A stretch of DNA of 40,205 bases from Sphingomonadales bacterium (GCA_031414835.1 JANOQL010000148.1:1-40205); one strand, 5' to 3'. Shown: positions 1 to 9,980, numbered from the stretch's first letter. Made by a program: numbers and translations. The notes: a model not told the origin generated them from the sequence alone.

Positions 1-158
1 GCTGGGCGCGCCTAAGCTGCCTTCGCCGTACATCCCGGCATCGTCCCCGATGCCGCCGCTGGCCGCCCCGTCATCGCACGTTACGGCCACAGGCAATGTC
101 CATGCTGACGGACCTCGGGCACTTGCACGGCCACTGCCTGGCACCGTGCGCAGCTTGG

Positions 159-198
159 TTGTCCCCCATCGCTTGCAGACGCAAGCGATGGGGGACAA
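159..198. repeat. Perfect 18-bp inverted repeat (palindromic intergenic element)
   Basis: TTGTCCCCCATCGCTTGC-agac-GCAAGCGATGGGGGACAA; shares the CCCATCGC...GCGATGGGG core with the hairpin at 470-497. Confidence 0.8.
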
Positions 199-393
199 GC
201 CCGAGGCCCGGTTCTGTCGAAAGGCTTTGCACCGGTATCGCGAAAACGGCCATCTGCCCCCGCCCGAACGGGCCTGCCCGAAGTGCAGATGCGCTTTCGG
301 ACATGGCAACGTGTTAGGCAGAAGCCTGCAAAAATGTCAAGAACAAACAGGGAATTGCATAGGAGAAATCGACATCGTGGCTGTCGCAAAAAG

Positions 394-502
394 CCCCTCC
401 ACCAACACGTCTTCGCGTGTCGGTCCCCCTCCCCATTTCAAGAAAATGGGGAGGATGAGCTCTCCCTATCCTTCCCATCGCGCTTGCGATGGGGAGGGGG
501 AG
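394..502. repeat. Cluster of REP/CIR-like palindromic elements
   Basis: CCCCTCCACC-hairpin-GGTCCC leading into the stem CCTCCCCATTT/AAATGGGGAGG (428-454), then CCTTCCCATCGC/GCGATGGGGAGG (470-497). Confidence 0.65.
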
Positions 503-625
503 TTTCGGGTCGAACGTGCTCCCAGCACGTTCTTGGATTGCCGGGGGCAATCCAACCCGAAACTTTTGACGCGAAGACGTCAAATGGTGGAGGGGCCAGC
601 ACTGCATCAGGATCGCAGGCAAACC

Positions 626-1030
626 CTAGGGAGCCAAGGGACGATACTTCACTCCGCCACCGCCCCCGATCGCTGTGCTGACTGAAATGCCGACCATGCC
701 GCACCCGATGAGAAACGGCCCACGCTCATCGCATGGCGTGGTGATGTGCTGGAGCCGTTCGCGTTCGCCCATCAGGCTTTCGGCTCTCGGATCGCCAGCT
801 TCGAATATTCCGGTCAAAGGCAGTCGATACCGATCCGCATCGCGCCGCGCGCAGACAACGATCTCATCGCCTTCGGGGTTGCGATTGCACGGTGGATCGA
901 CGCTGGTCAGCTTGCGATAGGTATCGAACGCAGTATCGGCGGCAATTGCAGGCGATCCGGCGCAAAGGCCAGCGCAAAGGCCAGCGCAAAGGGATGTGAC
1001 CAGCAGGGCAACACGTCTCGACATGGTCAC
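626..1030 (-). CDS. Small secreted hypothetical protein
   Basis: 134 aa ORF with GGAG RBS; signal-peptide-like N-terminus ending AIA-A; DEIVVCARR motif and four Cys in the mature part; divergent from glpX. Confidence 0.75.
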   Translation of the reverse strand: MTMSRRVALLVTSLCAGLCAGLCAGSPAIAADTAFDTYRKLTSVDPPCNRNPEGDEIVVCARRDADRYRLPLTGIFEAGDPRAESLMGERERLQHITTPCDERGPFLIGCGMVGISVSTAIGGGGGVKYRPLAP

Positions 1031-1081
1031 ACTCCTCGCCTAACGGCTCACCCCAATCCCGCCTCAACAGGAATACCATAA

Positions 1082-2059
1082 ATGACGGTCACTGCCAGCG
1101 ACGTTCTCGATCGCGTTCTCGTTCTTGAAATGGTGCGCGTCACCGAAGCGGCGGCGATTGCCGCATCGACGATGATCGGGCGCGGCGACGAAAAGGCCGC
1201 CGATCATGCCGCCGTCGAGGCGATGCGCGCGGCGCTGAACGAGCTTTATATGGATGGCACCGTCGTGATCGGCGAAGGCGAGCGCGATGAAGCGCCGATG
1301 CTGTACATCGGCGAAAAGGTCGGATCGGCGATCGGCAAAGGGCCGAAGATCGACATCGCGCTCGATCCGCTGGAAGGCACCACGATTACCGCCAAGGCCG
1401 GGCCCAACGCGCTGGCGGTGCTGGCGGTGGCCGAATCGGGCAATCTGCTCAATGCGCCCGATGTCTATATGGAAAAGCTCGCGGTCGGACCCGGGTTTCC
1501 CGATGGCATCATCGATCTCAACAAATCGGTGACCGAGAATGTCGCGGCGGTCGCATCGGCCAAGGGCGTCAAGCCCGCCGAAATTATCGTGTGCGTGCTC
1601 GACAGGCCCCGTCATGAAAAGCTGATCGCCGAGCTGCGTGGCATCGGTTGCGGTGTCGTGCTGATCCCCGATGGTGACGTTGCAGGCGTCATTGCCGTGA
1701 CCGATCCCGATACGACGATCGACCTGTATATGGGGACAGGCGGTGCGCCTGAAGGCGTGCTGGCGGCAGCGGCTCTGCGCTGTGTTGGCGGTCAATTCAA
1801 GGGGCGGCTGGTGTTCCGCAACGAAGACGAACGCACCCGTGCGCGCAAATGGGGCATCACCGATCTCGACTATGTTTACGATCTGACCGAGCTGGCCAAG
1901 GGCGATTGCATCTTTGCTGCTACCGGTGTGACCGATGGCAGCCTGCTCGATGGCGTCAAGCGGTTGAAGTCGGGCACGATGACGACCGAAAGCGTTGTGA
2001 TGCGGGCAAGTTCAGGCACTGTGCGCTGGGTCAAGGGTGAACACCGCAAGCAGGATTGA
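1082..2059 (+). CDS. glpX: Class II fructose-1,6-bisphosphatase
   Basis: Motifs RVTEAAA, VVIGEGERDEAPMLYIGE, DPLEGT, DGDV, GGAPEGV, FAATGVTDG. Confidence 0.97.
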   Translation: MTVTASDVLDRVLVLEMVRVTEAAAIAASTMIGRGDEKAADHAAVEAMRAALNELYMDGTVVIGEGERDEAPMLYIGEKVGSAIGKGPKIDIALDPLEGTTITAKAGPNALAVLAVAESGNLLNAPDVYMEKLAVGPGFPDGIIDLNKSVTENVAAVASAKGVKPAEIIVCVLDRPRHEKLIAELRGIGCGVVLIPDGDVAGVIAVTDPDTTIDLYMGTGGAPEGVLAAAALRCVGGQFKGRLVFRNEDERTRARKWGITDLDYVYDLTELAKGDCIFAATGVTDGSLLDGVKRLKSGTMTTESVVMRASSGTVRWVKGEHRKQD

Positions 2060-2135
2060 TCGTGCTGCATTGCGACTGGCGTGACGCAAATAAGCAGCTT
2101 ATCATGTGTGTATTGTTAGGGTAATACAGCACCCC

Positions 2136-4226
2136 ATGAACGATGCGTCGCACGCCCCTTCTGCCCTTCCTTACGGCGCCCCCGAAGATTTCGGCTATTT
2201 CGATCGCAAGGCTGCGCCAACCGGCGGGCCTGCGACTGGCGATGCTCCGCCTGCAACGCCGACAGTTTCATCGCCGTGGCCGTCGCGCAGGAAATGGATC
2301 AAGCGCGGATTTCAGGCGATTTTTGTCCTTGTTGCGGTTGCCATCGTCTGGCTGATCCTCACAGCACCGTTGTCCAAATCGCTCCAGCCGATCGCACCGC
2401 CGCGATTGACGCTGGTCACCGCCGATGGCCAGCCGATTGCGCGCAACGGGGCGATCATCGATAAACCGGTCAAAGCCACCGATTTGCCTCCGCATGTCGC
2501 GCAGGCGTTTCTTGCGATCGAGGACCGGCGGTTCTATTCCCACTGGGGCGTCGATCCGCGCGGGCTGGCGCGCGCCGCGCTCAACAATCTGGGATCGGGC
2601 GGCACGCAAGGGGGGTCGACGATCACGCAGCAGCTGGCGAAGATCACCTTCCTCACCCCCGAACGCAGCATGACGCGCAAGGCGCGCGAACTGCTGATTT
2701 CATTCTGGATGGAAATCTGGCTGACCAAGGATCAGATCCTCGAACGCTATCTGTCGAATGTCTATTTCGGGGACAACGTCTATGGCTTGCGTGCAGCATC
2801 GATGCACTATTTCTACCGCCAGCCCGAGAAGCTGACGGTCGGGCAGTCCGCGATGCTGGCCGGACTGGTGCAAGCGCCGTCGCGACTGGCACCGACCAAA
2901 AATCTCAAGGCTGCTGAAAAGCGGATGCGGATGGTTTTGACGGCAATGGTCGCGACAGGCGATCTGACCGAGGGCGCGGCCAAGGTCACGAGGATCCCGA
3001 GGCTTGACGTGCGGCGACGCACCGAAATTCCCACTGGCACCTATTTTGCCGATTGGGCCATGCCTGCGGCGCGCGCAGCCGTGGCGGCGACCTATGGCGA
3101 ACAGCGTGTGACGACCGCACTCGATTCGCGTCTCCAGAACATCGCGCGCCGGGTCGTGAATGCGGCTCCGCTCGGGAAGGCGCAGGTCGCGCTGGTCGCG
3201 ATGCGCCCATCGGGCGAAGTCGTGGCGATGATCGGCGGCAAAAGTTACAAATCCTCGACCTTTAACCGCGCCACACAAGCGCGCCGCCAGCCGGGATCGA
3301 CCTTCAAGCTGTTTGTCTATTACGCAGCGCTGCGCGCCGGGATGACGCCGGACACGCAGATCGACGATACACCGATAACCGAAGGCAGCTATCGGCCGAG
3401 GAACAGCGGCAATCGGTATCGTGGCACGATCAGCCTCAAGCAAGCCTTTGCGCAATCGAGCAACGTGGCGGCGGTGCGGCTGTATCGCCAGCTGGGTGAT
3501 GATGCGATCATCAAGGCCGCACGCGATTTGGGTGTTCGCAGTCTGCTTGTTGCCGATCCAAGCCTTGCGCTCGGCAGTTCGGGGGTCACGTTGCTCGAGC
3601 TGACGTCGGCCTACGCAGCAGTTGCCGCAGGCGCCTATCCTGTCACCCCGCGCGCACTGCCGGTGGGCGAACAAGGGCTGATCGATCGGATATTCGATGG
3701 CAGAACAGATTTGAGCAGCCGCAATGAGGCGGCGCTTCGCGACATGCTGCAGGCTGTCGTCAAGACAGGGACGGGCCGCGCGGCGCAGATCGGGATCGAA
3801 TCTTTCGGGAAAACGGGCACAAGCCAGGATAACCGCGATGCGCTGTTTGTAGGATTTGCTGGCGATCTGATCGTTGGTGTCTGGATCGGCAATGACGATA
3901 ATACACCGCTGAAGGGCATTTCAGGGGGTGGCCTGCCGGCGCGGATCTGGCGAGATTTCATGGGTCAGGCGATTTCCGGAGCGGCACGGCCTGCGGTCAA
4001 GCCCCGCGCGCCCGATGCGCCTGTCGAACCGCTCGACCTGCCCGAACTTCCAGACCTGCCCAATGCGACGATCCCGATCGGGAACCGCGGCGGAATCACC
4101 ATCGGTCGTGAAAACAGCGTGTCGATCGGCGGTGAGCTTGGCGGCGTTCCTGTCGATCTCCAGATCGATCGCGACGGCGTGCGAGTGACGCAGCCCCAAA
4201 GCGAAGACGCCGGTCGCGCGCCATAA
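2136..4226 (+). CDS. Class A penicillin-binding protein (transglycosylase/transpeptidase, PBP1A family)
   Basis: N-terminal TM helix; transglycosylase motifs EDRRFYSHWG and GGSTITQQLAK; transpeptidase motifs STFK, SSN and KTG. ATG 2136 chosen as start; the ORF track starts at 2106. Confidence 0.93.
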   Translation: MNDASHAPSALPYGAPEDFGYFDRKAAPTGGPATGDAPPATPTVSSPWPSRRKWIKRGFQAIFVLVAVAIVWLILTAPLSKSLQPIAPPRLTLVTADGQPIARNGAIIDKPVKATDLPPHVAQAFLAIEDRRFYSHWGVDPRGLARAALNNLGSGGTQGGSTITQQLAKITFLTPERSMTRKARELLISFWMEIWLTKDQILERYLSNVYFGDNVYGLRAASMHYFYRQPEKLTVGQSAMLAGLVQAPSRLAPTKNLKAAEKRMRMVLTAMVATGDLTEGAAKVTRIPRLDVRRRTEIPTGTYFADWAMPAARAAVAATYGEQRVTTALDSRLQNIARRVVNAAPLGKAQVALVAMRPSGEVVAMIGGKSYKSSTFNRATQARRQPGSTFKLFVYYAALRAGMTPDTQIDDTPITEGSYRPRNSGNRYRGTISLKQAFAQSSNVAAVRLYRQLGDDAIIKAARDLGVRSLLVADPSLALGSSGVTLLELTSAYAAVAAGAYPVTPRALPVGEQGLIDRIFDGRTDLSSRNEAALRDMLQAVVKTGTGRAAQIGIESFGKTGTSQDNRDALFVGFAGDLIVGVWIGNDDNTPLKGISGGGLPARIWRDFMGQAISGAARPAVKPRAPDAPVEPLDLPELPDLPNATIPIGNRGGITIGRENSVSIGGELGGVPVDLQIDRDGVRVTQPQSEDAGRAP

Positions 4227-4378
4227 TTATGTCGTGCTGATCCAATTTGGGATCGGCACGAGAAACAGCTTTCATGATTAAAAAGCGCCGTTAATCTCCG
4301 CTTCAGAAATCGGGAATCGACTCGGCTATCGCGCCGATTTGTCCCCTTTTTTCGACAAAACGATAAGGGAGATTGATA

Positions 4379-7300
4379 ATGTTCAGCACGAGCATGCGTG
4401 CCAAGCGCGCCGTCCTGTTTGCCGCCGCATCGTTCACCGCACTGGCGGCCCCTGCTGCGCTCAGCGCGCAATCGACGACGCCGGGAGACGTGGAGAACTC
4501 GCCAGCTATTGTCGTTCGCAACGATCTCAATCCCAGCGCGCCACCGCCCGGCGGAGTACTCGACAATGTGGTCGACGTTACCGGTGTTGGTCAAATGCGC
4601 ACCATTGCCAATCTGGCGGCAGGCACCGGGTTTGTCTGCTCGGGAACCCTCATCAATCCGCGCACCGTCATCTTCGCTGCGCATTGCGTAAACAGCGTTC
4701 CACAGAGCGCGTATGGCGATACGACGAACGGAGTCCCGATCAGCTTTGGTTTTAGCGCCGACAATTTGGCGGCACGTCGCATCTGGGCTGGGCTCGATCC
4801 AGTGACCCTGCAGCCCAATCCTGACACGTCGCTAAAGTTCAAGACCAACACCGCACGCAATCTCTTCAATGTCGAACAGGTTTGGTACGATCAACGCTCG
4901 CTACAGCCCGAAGGTTTCGAGTTTCTTCAAGCCGATGTGGCGCTTGCGACGCTCGATACGCATGCTGACAATATTCCGACTTGGGCGATGCTGTTCACGC
5001 CGCTTACCGAACCGACCCATGCTCTGGTCAACGGTTATGGCACATTCGGTAACAGCACCAATCCCAGCCAAGGGCTGGATTCTCGGCGACGGATCGCCGA
5101 GAATATGATTGACTTCATGGGATCGCTCGATGACCGTGATCGGCTCCTATTTACTGATCTTCTCGGCTTTCCGCTGGATCCGCCATTTGGCGTATCGACC
5201 AATTATCAGCTCGATTTCGACGATCCAGCTGGCGTCGGCGGTTTCAATTTCAACATTTTCGGTGGCAGCGCATTGACCCGTGAGGGCACAACTGCAGGTG
5301 GAGATTCGGGCGGGCCACTGATCGTTGATCAGAAATATGCTCAGAAGGTCGTTGCAGGCGTGCTTTCGGGCGGAACGCGGTTTTTCAACGGACAGCCTTT
5401 TTCGACCTACGGAACGACCAGCTTTTATCAGCCGCTGTTCCTCTACTGGGACGTGATCGTGGCCAACAATCCTTATGTTTATGCGAGTGCAAAGGCAGGG
5501 AATGGCAGCTGGTTCGATCCTAAGCGCTGGGTTCAAGACTTAGATCCCAACTACAAAATCGATGTCGATGGGCAGCTCGTTACCGGACTTCCCAACACTG
5601 AGGCGCAAGGCATCGCGACGAACACCCCGAAGTTCGGAACCGTGTGCGCCAATGGCGTCAATGGGGTCCAGGGCTGCGCCAGCATTACAGGTTCAAATCC
5701 TGAGCCGTCGGGAACGCCCATCCAGATCGCTGGTGGCCCGGGCACCACAAACTTCGTGCCCAACAACGTGTCGGGTGACCGGGCGACCGGCAAGCGCGCG
5801 AGCTATTATGAAGTCACGCTCAACAAGGCTGGCATCACCAGCCTGACGCGCGCGGCGACGATCGACAGGCTCAACCTTACAGGCGCAGCGGGGCTGACGA
5901 TTTCTGCGGCAGGCAACCTCACCGTGCTGGGCGATTACACCCAGACCGGTGGCACGCTTATCGCCAACGGCACGCTCAAAACAGGTGAGGCCTTCGTCGG
6001 CACTGGCATCCTGTCAGGTTCGGGCAAGATCGATCCGACCTTCCTGACCGTCGTCAGGGGCGTCGTCGCTCCGGGCACTTATGGAACGACGGGCACGCTC
6101 ACGATCCAGGGCGATGTTATCCTGTCGTCGGCCTCGCTCACCAACATCGACGTGACGGGCACAGTGTCCGACAAGCTCGCCATCACTGGCGATGCGCAGA
6201 ACACCGGGATCGCGGCGCTCGCGGGCAATCTGCTCGTGACACGCGCTACTGGGGCAACGACGGCACCGCGTGACGGCCAGGTGATCGAGATCATCAGTGC
6301 GGCAGGTGGCGTCGATGGTCGCTTTGCCAATGTGCTCGGCAGCCTCGGGGTGTTGCGCCCCAATGTGACCTATGCTGCAAACACCGTCACGCTGTCATTG
6401 TCGGCGGGGAGCCTTCGGTCGATGGCCGCATCAAGCAGCCCGACCGTGAACGCTGTTGCCGGAGCACTCGATGCGATCCGGACAGGCGGCTACACCGATC
6501 TTTATGGCATCTACGGCGCCATCGACGTCATGGAATCGGGGCAGCTCGCCAATACGCTTGCGGGCTTTGCGCCACGGGTGGCAACGATCGCCCAACTTGA
6601 AGCCGATGAGCAGCGGTCGATGGTGCTCGGCATGGTCGGTGACCGGCTGTCGATGATCGGAACGTCGCGGGCGCAGCCTGGCACGTTCGCGGTGATCGGA
6701 GCACCCGAAACACTGGGTCTTGCCGTCGGGCAAACCTCGGTATCGGGAGCAACCGCATCGCAGCGCAGCTTCATCGGCAGCGTGACCAATTCGGGACGTG
6801 CTTTTGGCGCATTGCCTGAAAACGTCAGCGGGTTCATCTCGGGCGGTTACGAAGCTGGTCGTCCAGGTGAACGGACCAAGGGCAGCCAGCGCAGCACATG
6901 GCATATCGCCATGGGCGTCGAAATGGAGGCAGCCGAAAACCTCACGCTCGGCACTGCCTTCGGCTTCGTCAGCGGACGGTCGAACCTCATCGGCTCGCAG
7001 GCCGAAACCGAAACGAGCCAGGCGATCGGTTACGGTTCGTATCGGCTGTCGCGCCGGGCCTATGTCGCAGGGATGGCGTCGGTCACCAACACCGCCATCG
7101 GGGTGCAACGTGGCGTGTCCACCGGGCTCGATCAGTTCAGCCTCAATGGGCAGACCAATGCGATGAGCTATGATCTGCACCTTGAAACCGGCATGAACTT
7201 CGGCATTGCCAAAGGCCTCACGCTGACACCGCGGGCGGCCATCCGTTATGCGTCAACCGATATCAGCGGTTTCCGCGAACGCGGCGGCGAAGCGGCGCTT

Positions 7301-7645
7301 GCCATCGATGACATCAAGGAACGTCGCTTGGAAGGTCGCCTAGGCGTCCGGATGAGCGGGTCTGTCAACGCCGGTTCGGGCTGGTCGTTCGCGCCTGAAC
7401 TCGGGGTCGATCAGGTCCAGGCCTTTTCGACAAGCGGAAGTGAAATCCAGGTTCGTTTCGCCAATGTGTCGGGATTTGCCTTCGCACTTCCCGGTCTCAG
7501 CCGCGACACGGCGTGGACCGAAGTCAAAGGCGGGATGAAGTTGACCAACGGCGTTTTCTCGTTCGGCGCTGGCGTCGAATCGAGCCTTGGCCGCAGCGAT
7601 TATCGCGACAATCGTGCGGTCGCGAGCGTCGGCATCAAATTCTGA
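4379..7645 (+). CDS. Autotransporter with trypsin-like (S1) serine protease passenger
   Basis: Signal peptide; triad motifs AAHC, ADVALATL and GDSGGPL; Gly/Thr-rich beta-helix-like stretch; C-terminal barrel-type strands ending in Phe (VGIKF); AAGGGAG RBS. Confidence 0.85.
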   Translation: MFSTSMRAKRAVLFAAASFTALAAPAALSAQSTTPGDVENSPAIVVRNDLNPSAPPPGGVLDNVVDVTGVGQMRTIANLAAGTGFVCSGTLINPRTVIFAAHCVNSVPQSAYGDTTNGVPISFGFSADNLAARRIWAGLDPVTLQPNPDTSLKFKTNTARNLFNVEQVWYDQRSLQPEGFEFLQADVALATLDTHADNIPTWAMLFTPLTEPTHALVNGYGTFGNSTNPSQGLDSRRRIAENMIDFMGSLDDRDRLLFTDLLGFPLDPPFGVSTNYQLDFDDPAGVGGFNFNIFGGSALTREGTTAGGDSGGPLIVDQKYAQKVVAGVLSGGTRFFNGQPFSTYGTTSFYQPLFLYWDVIVANNPYVYASAKAGNGSWFDPKRWVQDLDPNYKIDVDGQLVTGLPNTEAQGIATNTPKFGTVCANGVNGVQGCASITGSNPEPSGTPIQIAGGPGTTNFVPNNVSGDRATGKRASYYEVTLNKAGITSLTRAATIDRLNLTGAAGLTISAAGNLTVLGDYTQTGGTLIANGTLKTGEAFVGTGILSGSGKIDPTFLTVVRGVVAPGTYGTTGTLTIQGDVILSSASLTNIDVTGTVSDKLAITGDAQNTGIAALAGNLLVTRATGATTAPRDGQVIEIISAAGGVDGRFANVLGSLGVLRPNVTYAANTVTLSLSAGSLRSMAASSSPTVNAVAGALDAIRTGGYTDLYGIYGAIDVMESGQLANTLAGFAPRVATIAQLEADEQRSMVLGMVGDRLSMIGTSRAQPGTFAVIGAPETLGLAVGQTSVSGATASQRSFIGSVTNSGRAFGALPENVSGFISGGYEAGRPGERTKGSQRSTWHIAMGVEMEAAENLTLGTAFGFVSGRSNLIGSQAETETSQAIGYGSYRLSRRAYVAGMASVTNTAIGVQRGVSTGLDQFSLNGQTNAMSYDLHLETGMNFGIAKGLTLTPRAAIRYASTDISGFRERGGEAALAIDDIKERRLEGRLGVRMSGSVNAGSGWSFAPELGVDQVQAFSTSGSEIQVRFANVSGFAFALPGLSRDTAWTEVKGGMKLTNGVFSFGAGVESSLGRSDYRDNRAVASVGIKF

Positions 7646-7693
7646 CCTGACCGAATACGGGCCCGATCGAATACAGGCCTGACGAAATACAGG

Positions 7694-7732
7694 GGGAAGG
7701 GCTGTCGGAGCGATCCGGCAGCCCTTTTCCTT
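7694..7732 (+). terminator. Probable intrinsic terminator after the autotransporter gene
   Basis: Stem AAGGGCTGTCGGA-gcga-TCCGGCAGCCCTT followed by TTCCTT. Confidence 0.65.
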
Positions 7733-7778
7733 GCGTGCCATCCTTGCGCACTGGGGGCACCGCGCTACACGCCAGCGC

Positions 7779-9530
7779 ATGAGTTTTCTGCTTTCGCAAC
7801 TCCAGCCGATCAGCGGCCAGACATGGGCGTGGCGCGGACTTGCCACCGATGGCGCCGATACGCGTGGCCTTGTCGATCAGTTGCTCCTGGCGCGCGGCTG
7901 TCCGGTTGATGCGCTCGATGCGCATCGCAATCCCACGATCCGCGCGTTCATGCCCGACCCATCGATTTTTCGTGATATGGACAAGGCCGCTGTCCGGCTT
8001 GCAGATGCGGTGGTCGCTGGCGAACAGGTCACAATCTTCGGCGATTACGATGTCGATGGAGCAACCTCTGCGGCGCTGCTGATCCGCCTGCTGCGCGATG
8101 TGGGGCTTCTGGCAGGCCATTACATCCCCGATCGGCTGATGGAAGGCTATGGCCCGTCTGGCGAGGCGCTCGTGACATTGGCGCAGCAGGGATCGAGCCT
8201 GATCGTGACGGTCGATTGCGGCGCGCAAGCGTTCGAAGCGCTGGCGATGGCACAGGCAGCTGGTGTCGATGTGATTGTGGTCGATCACCACAAATGCGCC
8301 AGCACGCTTCCTGTTGCGCACGCGCTCGTCAATCCCAACCGGCTCGACGAAGGGGAAGGGGCCGCGCATGGTCACCTTGCCGCGGTGGGCGTTGCCTGGC
8401 TTCTCGGCGCGGCGCTGCTGCGCGAGTTGCGGGGACGGGGCTGGTTCGATGGCCGAAAGCCGCCCGATCTCCTTGAACTGCTCGATATTGTGGCGCTTGG
8501 CACCGTGGCCGATGTCGCGCAACTCAAAGGCCTCAACCGTGCGTTCGTGGCGCAAGGGCTGAAGATCATGGCGGGCCGACGAAACGTCGGGCTTGACGCG
8601 CTGATCACCGTTTCACGGTTGACGCTCGCGCCGCAATGTTCGGATCTTGGCTTTGCACTTGGTCCCCGGATCAACGCGGGTGGACGCGTTGGCAAATCCG
8701 ATCTGGGCGTGCGGCTGCTGATCACCGAAGATGCCGATGAAGCGCAGGCCATCGCAACCGAACTCGAAGCCCTCAATATCGAACGTCGCGCGATCGAGTC
8801 GCAGGTTCAGGAGGAAGCCGATGCGATTGCGGTGCGCCAGGGCAATCGTGCGGTGGCGATCGTGGCAGGGCAGGGGTGGCATCCTGGCGTGATCGGAATT
8901 GTGGCGGGCCGACTGAAAGAAAGGCTGAGGCGCCCTGCCATCGTCATCGCGGTCGATGCCGATGGCATTGGAAAAGGGTCGGGTCGATCGATCGCGGGGG
9001 TGGATCTTGGTGCGGCGGTGCTTGCCGCCAAAGAGGATGGCCTTCTTGTGGCAGGCGGCGGCCATGCGATGGCGGCAGGGCTGACTGTGAAGGCGGACAA
9101 CATCGATGCGTTCGCAGACTATCTCGATGCGCGGCTGTCGGGCGATGTTGCAAAATCGGGCGAGGGGCGCGCTTTGCTGCTCGACGCGGTGGTGTCTGCG
9201 CGCGGCGTGTGCCCCGTTCTGGTCGAATCGATGGAGGCTGGCGGTCCATACGGCATGGGCTGGCCCGCGCCGCGTGTTGCCGCAGGGCCAATGACGGTCA
9301 TGACAGCAGATATTGTCGGCAAGGATCATGTCCGCGCGGTCATGGCAGGCGAAGACGGTGCGCGGCTGAAGACGGTTGCATTCAGGCAAGCCGAAACGCC
9401 GCTTGGTCAGGCATTGTTATCGGCGCCGCGCGGGCGAAAGCTATGGGCGGCAGGGCGGATCAAGCGCGATGACTGGAGCGGGAGGCCACAAGCCGAACTC
9501 CACATCGACGATATCGCGTGGACCGATTGA
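7779..9530 (+). CDS. recJ: Single-stranded DNA-specific exonuclease RecJ
   Basis: GDYDVDG, PDRLMEGYG, TVDCG, DHH, LGTVAD, PRINAGGR, GSGRS and GGHAMAAG motifs; in-frame ATG at 7779. Confidence 0.96.
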   Translation: MSFLLSQLQPISGQTWAWRGLATDGADTRGLVDQLLLARGCPVDALDAHRNPTIRAFMPDPSIFRDMDKAAVRLADAVVAGEQVTIFGDYDVDGATSAALLIRLLRDVGLLAGHYIPDRLMEGYGPSGEALVTLAQQGSSLIVTVDCGAQAFEALAMAQAAGVDVIVVDHHKCASTLPVAHALVNPNRLDEGEGAAHGHLAAVGVAWLLGAALLRELRGRGWFDGRKPPDLLELLDIVALGTVADVAQLKGLNRAFVAQGLKIMAGRRNVGLDALITVSRLTLAPQCSDLGFALGPRINAGGRVGKSDLGVRLLITEDADEAQAIATELEALNIERRAIESQVQEEADAIAVRQGNRAVAIVAGQGWHPGVIGIVAGRLKERLRRPAIVIAVDADGIGKGSGRSIAGVDLGAAVLAAKEDGLLVAGGGHAMAAGLTVKADNIDAFADYLDARLSGDVAKSGEGRALLLDAVVSARGVCPVLVESMEAGGPYGMGWPAPRVAAGPMTVMTADIVGKDHVRAVMAGEDGARLKTVAFRQAETPLGQALLSAPRGRKLWAAGRIKRDDWSGRPQAELHIDDIAWTD

Positions 9531-9600
9531 CCGATGGGCCATACAGGCGCTTGACCAAGCGGGCATTTGTGCTAACCGGCCCGCCTGTTCGTCACCGAAC

Positions 9601-9675
9601 GGCCCCTTCGTCTAGCGGTTAGGACGCGGCCCTTTCACGGCTGAAACACGGGTTCGATTCCCGTAGGGGTCACCA
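9601..9675 (+). tRNA. tRNA-Glu (anticodon TTC)
   Basis: Acceptor stem GGCCCCT/AGGGGTC, anticodon loop CTTTCAC, T-loop GGTTCGATTCC, encoded CCA end. Confidence 0.97.
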
Positions 9676-9736
9676 CCGGCCAGACCGGTTGTTTGATCGA
9701 TGTTTCCTTAAATTCATGCCGAGGCTTAGCGATTGT

Positions 9737-9778
9737 TCGCAAGGGGCATCGGATTTGCGGATATTCGATGCCCTGCGA
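9737..9778. other. Stem-loop downstream of tRNA-Glu
   Basis: TCGCA-ag-GGGCATCG pairs with CGATGCCC-TGCGA; no clear U-tract follows. Confidence 0.45.
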
Positions 9779-9900
9779 GGACTATATCTGCGGCTCCTGA
9801 TCGTGTGCGCCCGTCGCAGTGTACCGGAGAAACTGGCGTCAGCTGCTCCAGATACGTTCATGGACATTCGCCAGCAATCGCCCAATTACATCGGAAAGAC

Positions 9901-9969
9901 ATGAGCAAACTCACTGTCGTAAGGGTTCGCAATGTCAGCCCGGGGCGTGTTGGCGAAGGCAAGCCGTAG
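9901..9969 (+). pseudogene. N-terminal remnant of a tyrosine integrase
   Basis: MSKLTVVRVRNVSPGRVGEGKP* matches the N-terminus of the 34210 integrase (MGKLTVAKVRSARPGRSGQGKP) at 14/22 residues; the upstream DNA is also homologous. Confidence 0.85.
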
Positions 9970-9980
9970 GGATATAGCTT

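Noticed and set aside
1-704. Overlapping ORFs (50..685, 71..304, 81..389 and others)
   Set aside because: No recognisable motifs, and they run through palindromic repeats; none can be supported as a gene
4278-4294. TTAA...TTAA as a possible CtrA box
   Set aside because: The spacer is 9 nt, not 7
9689-9969. ORFs 9689..9904 and 9733..9969 as genes
   Set aside because: Only the last 22 codons of the latter are meaningful (the integrase remnant)
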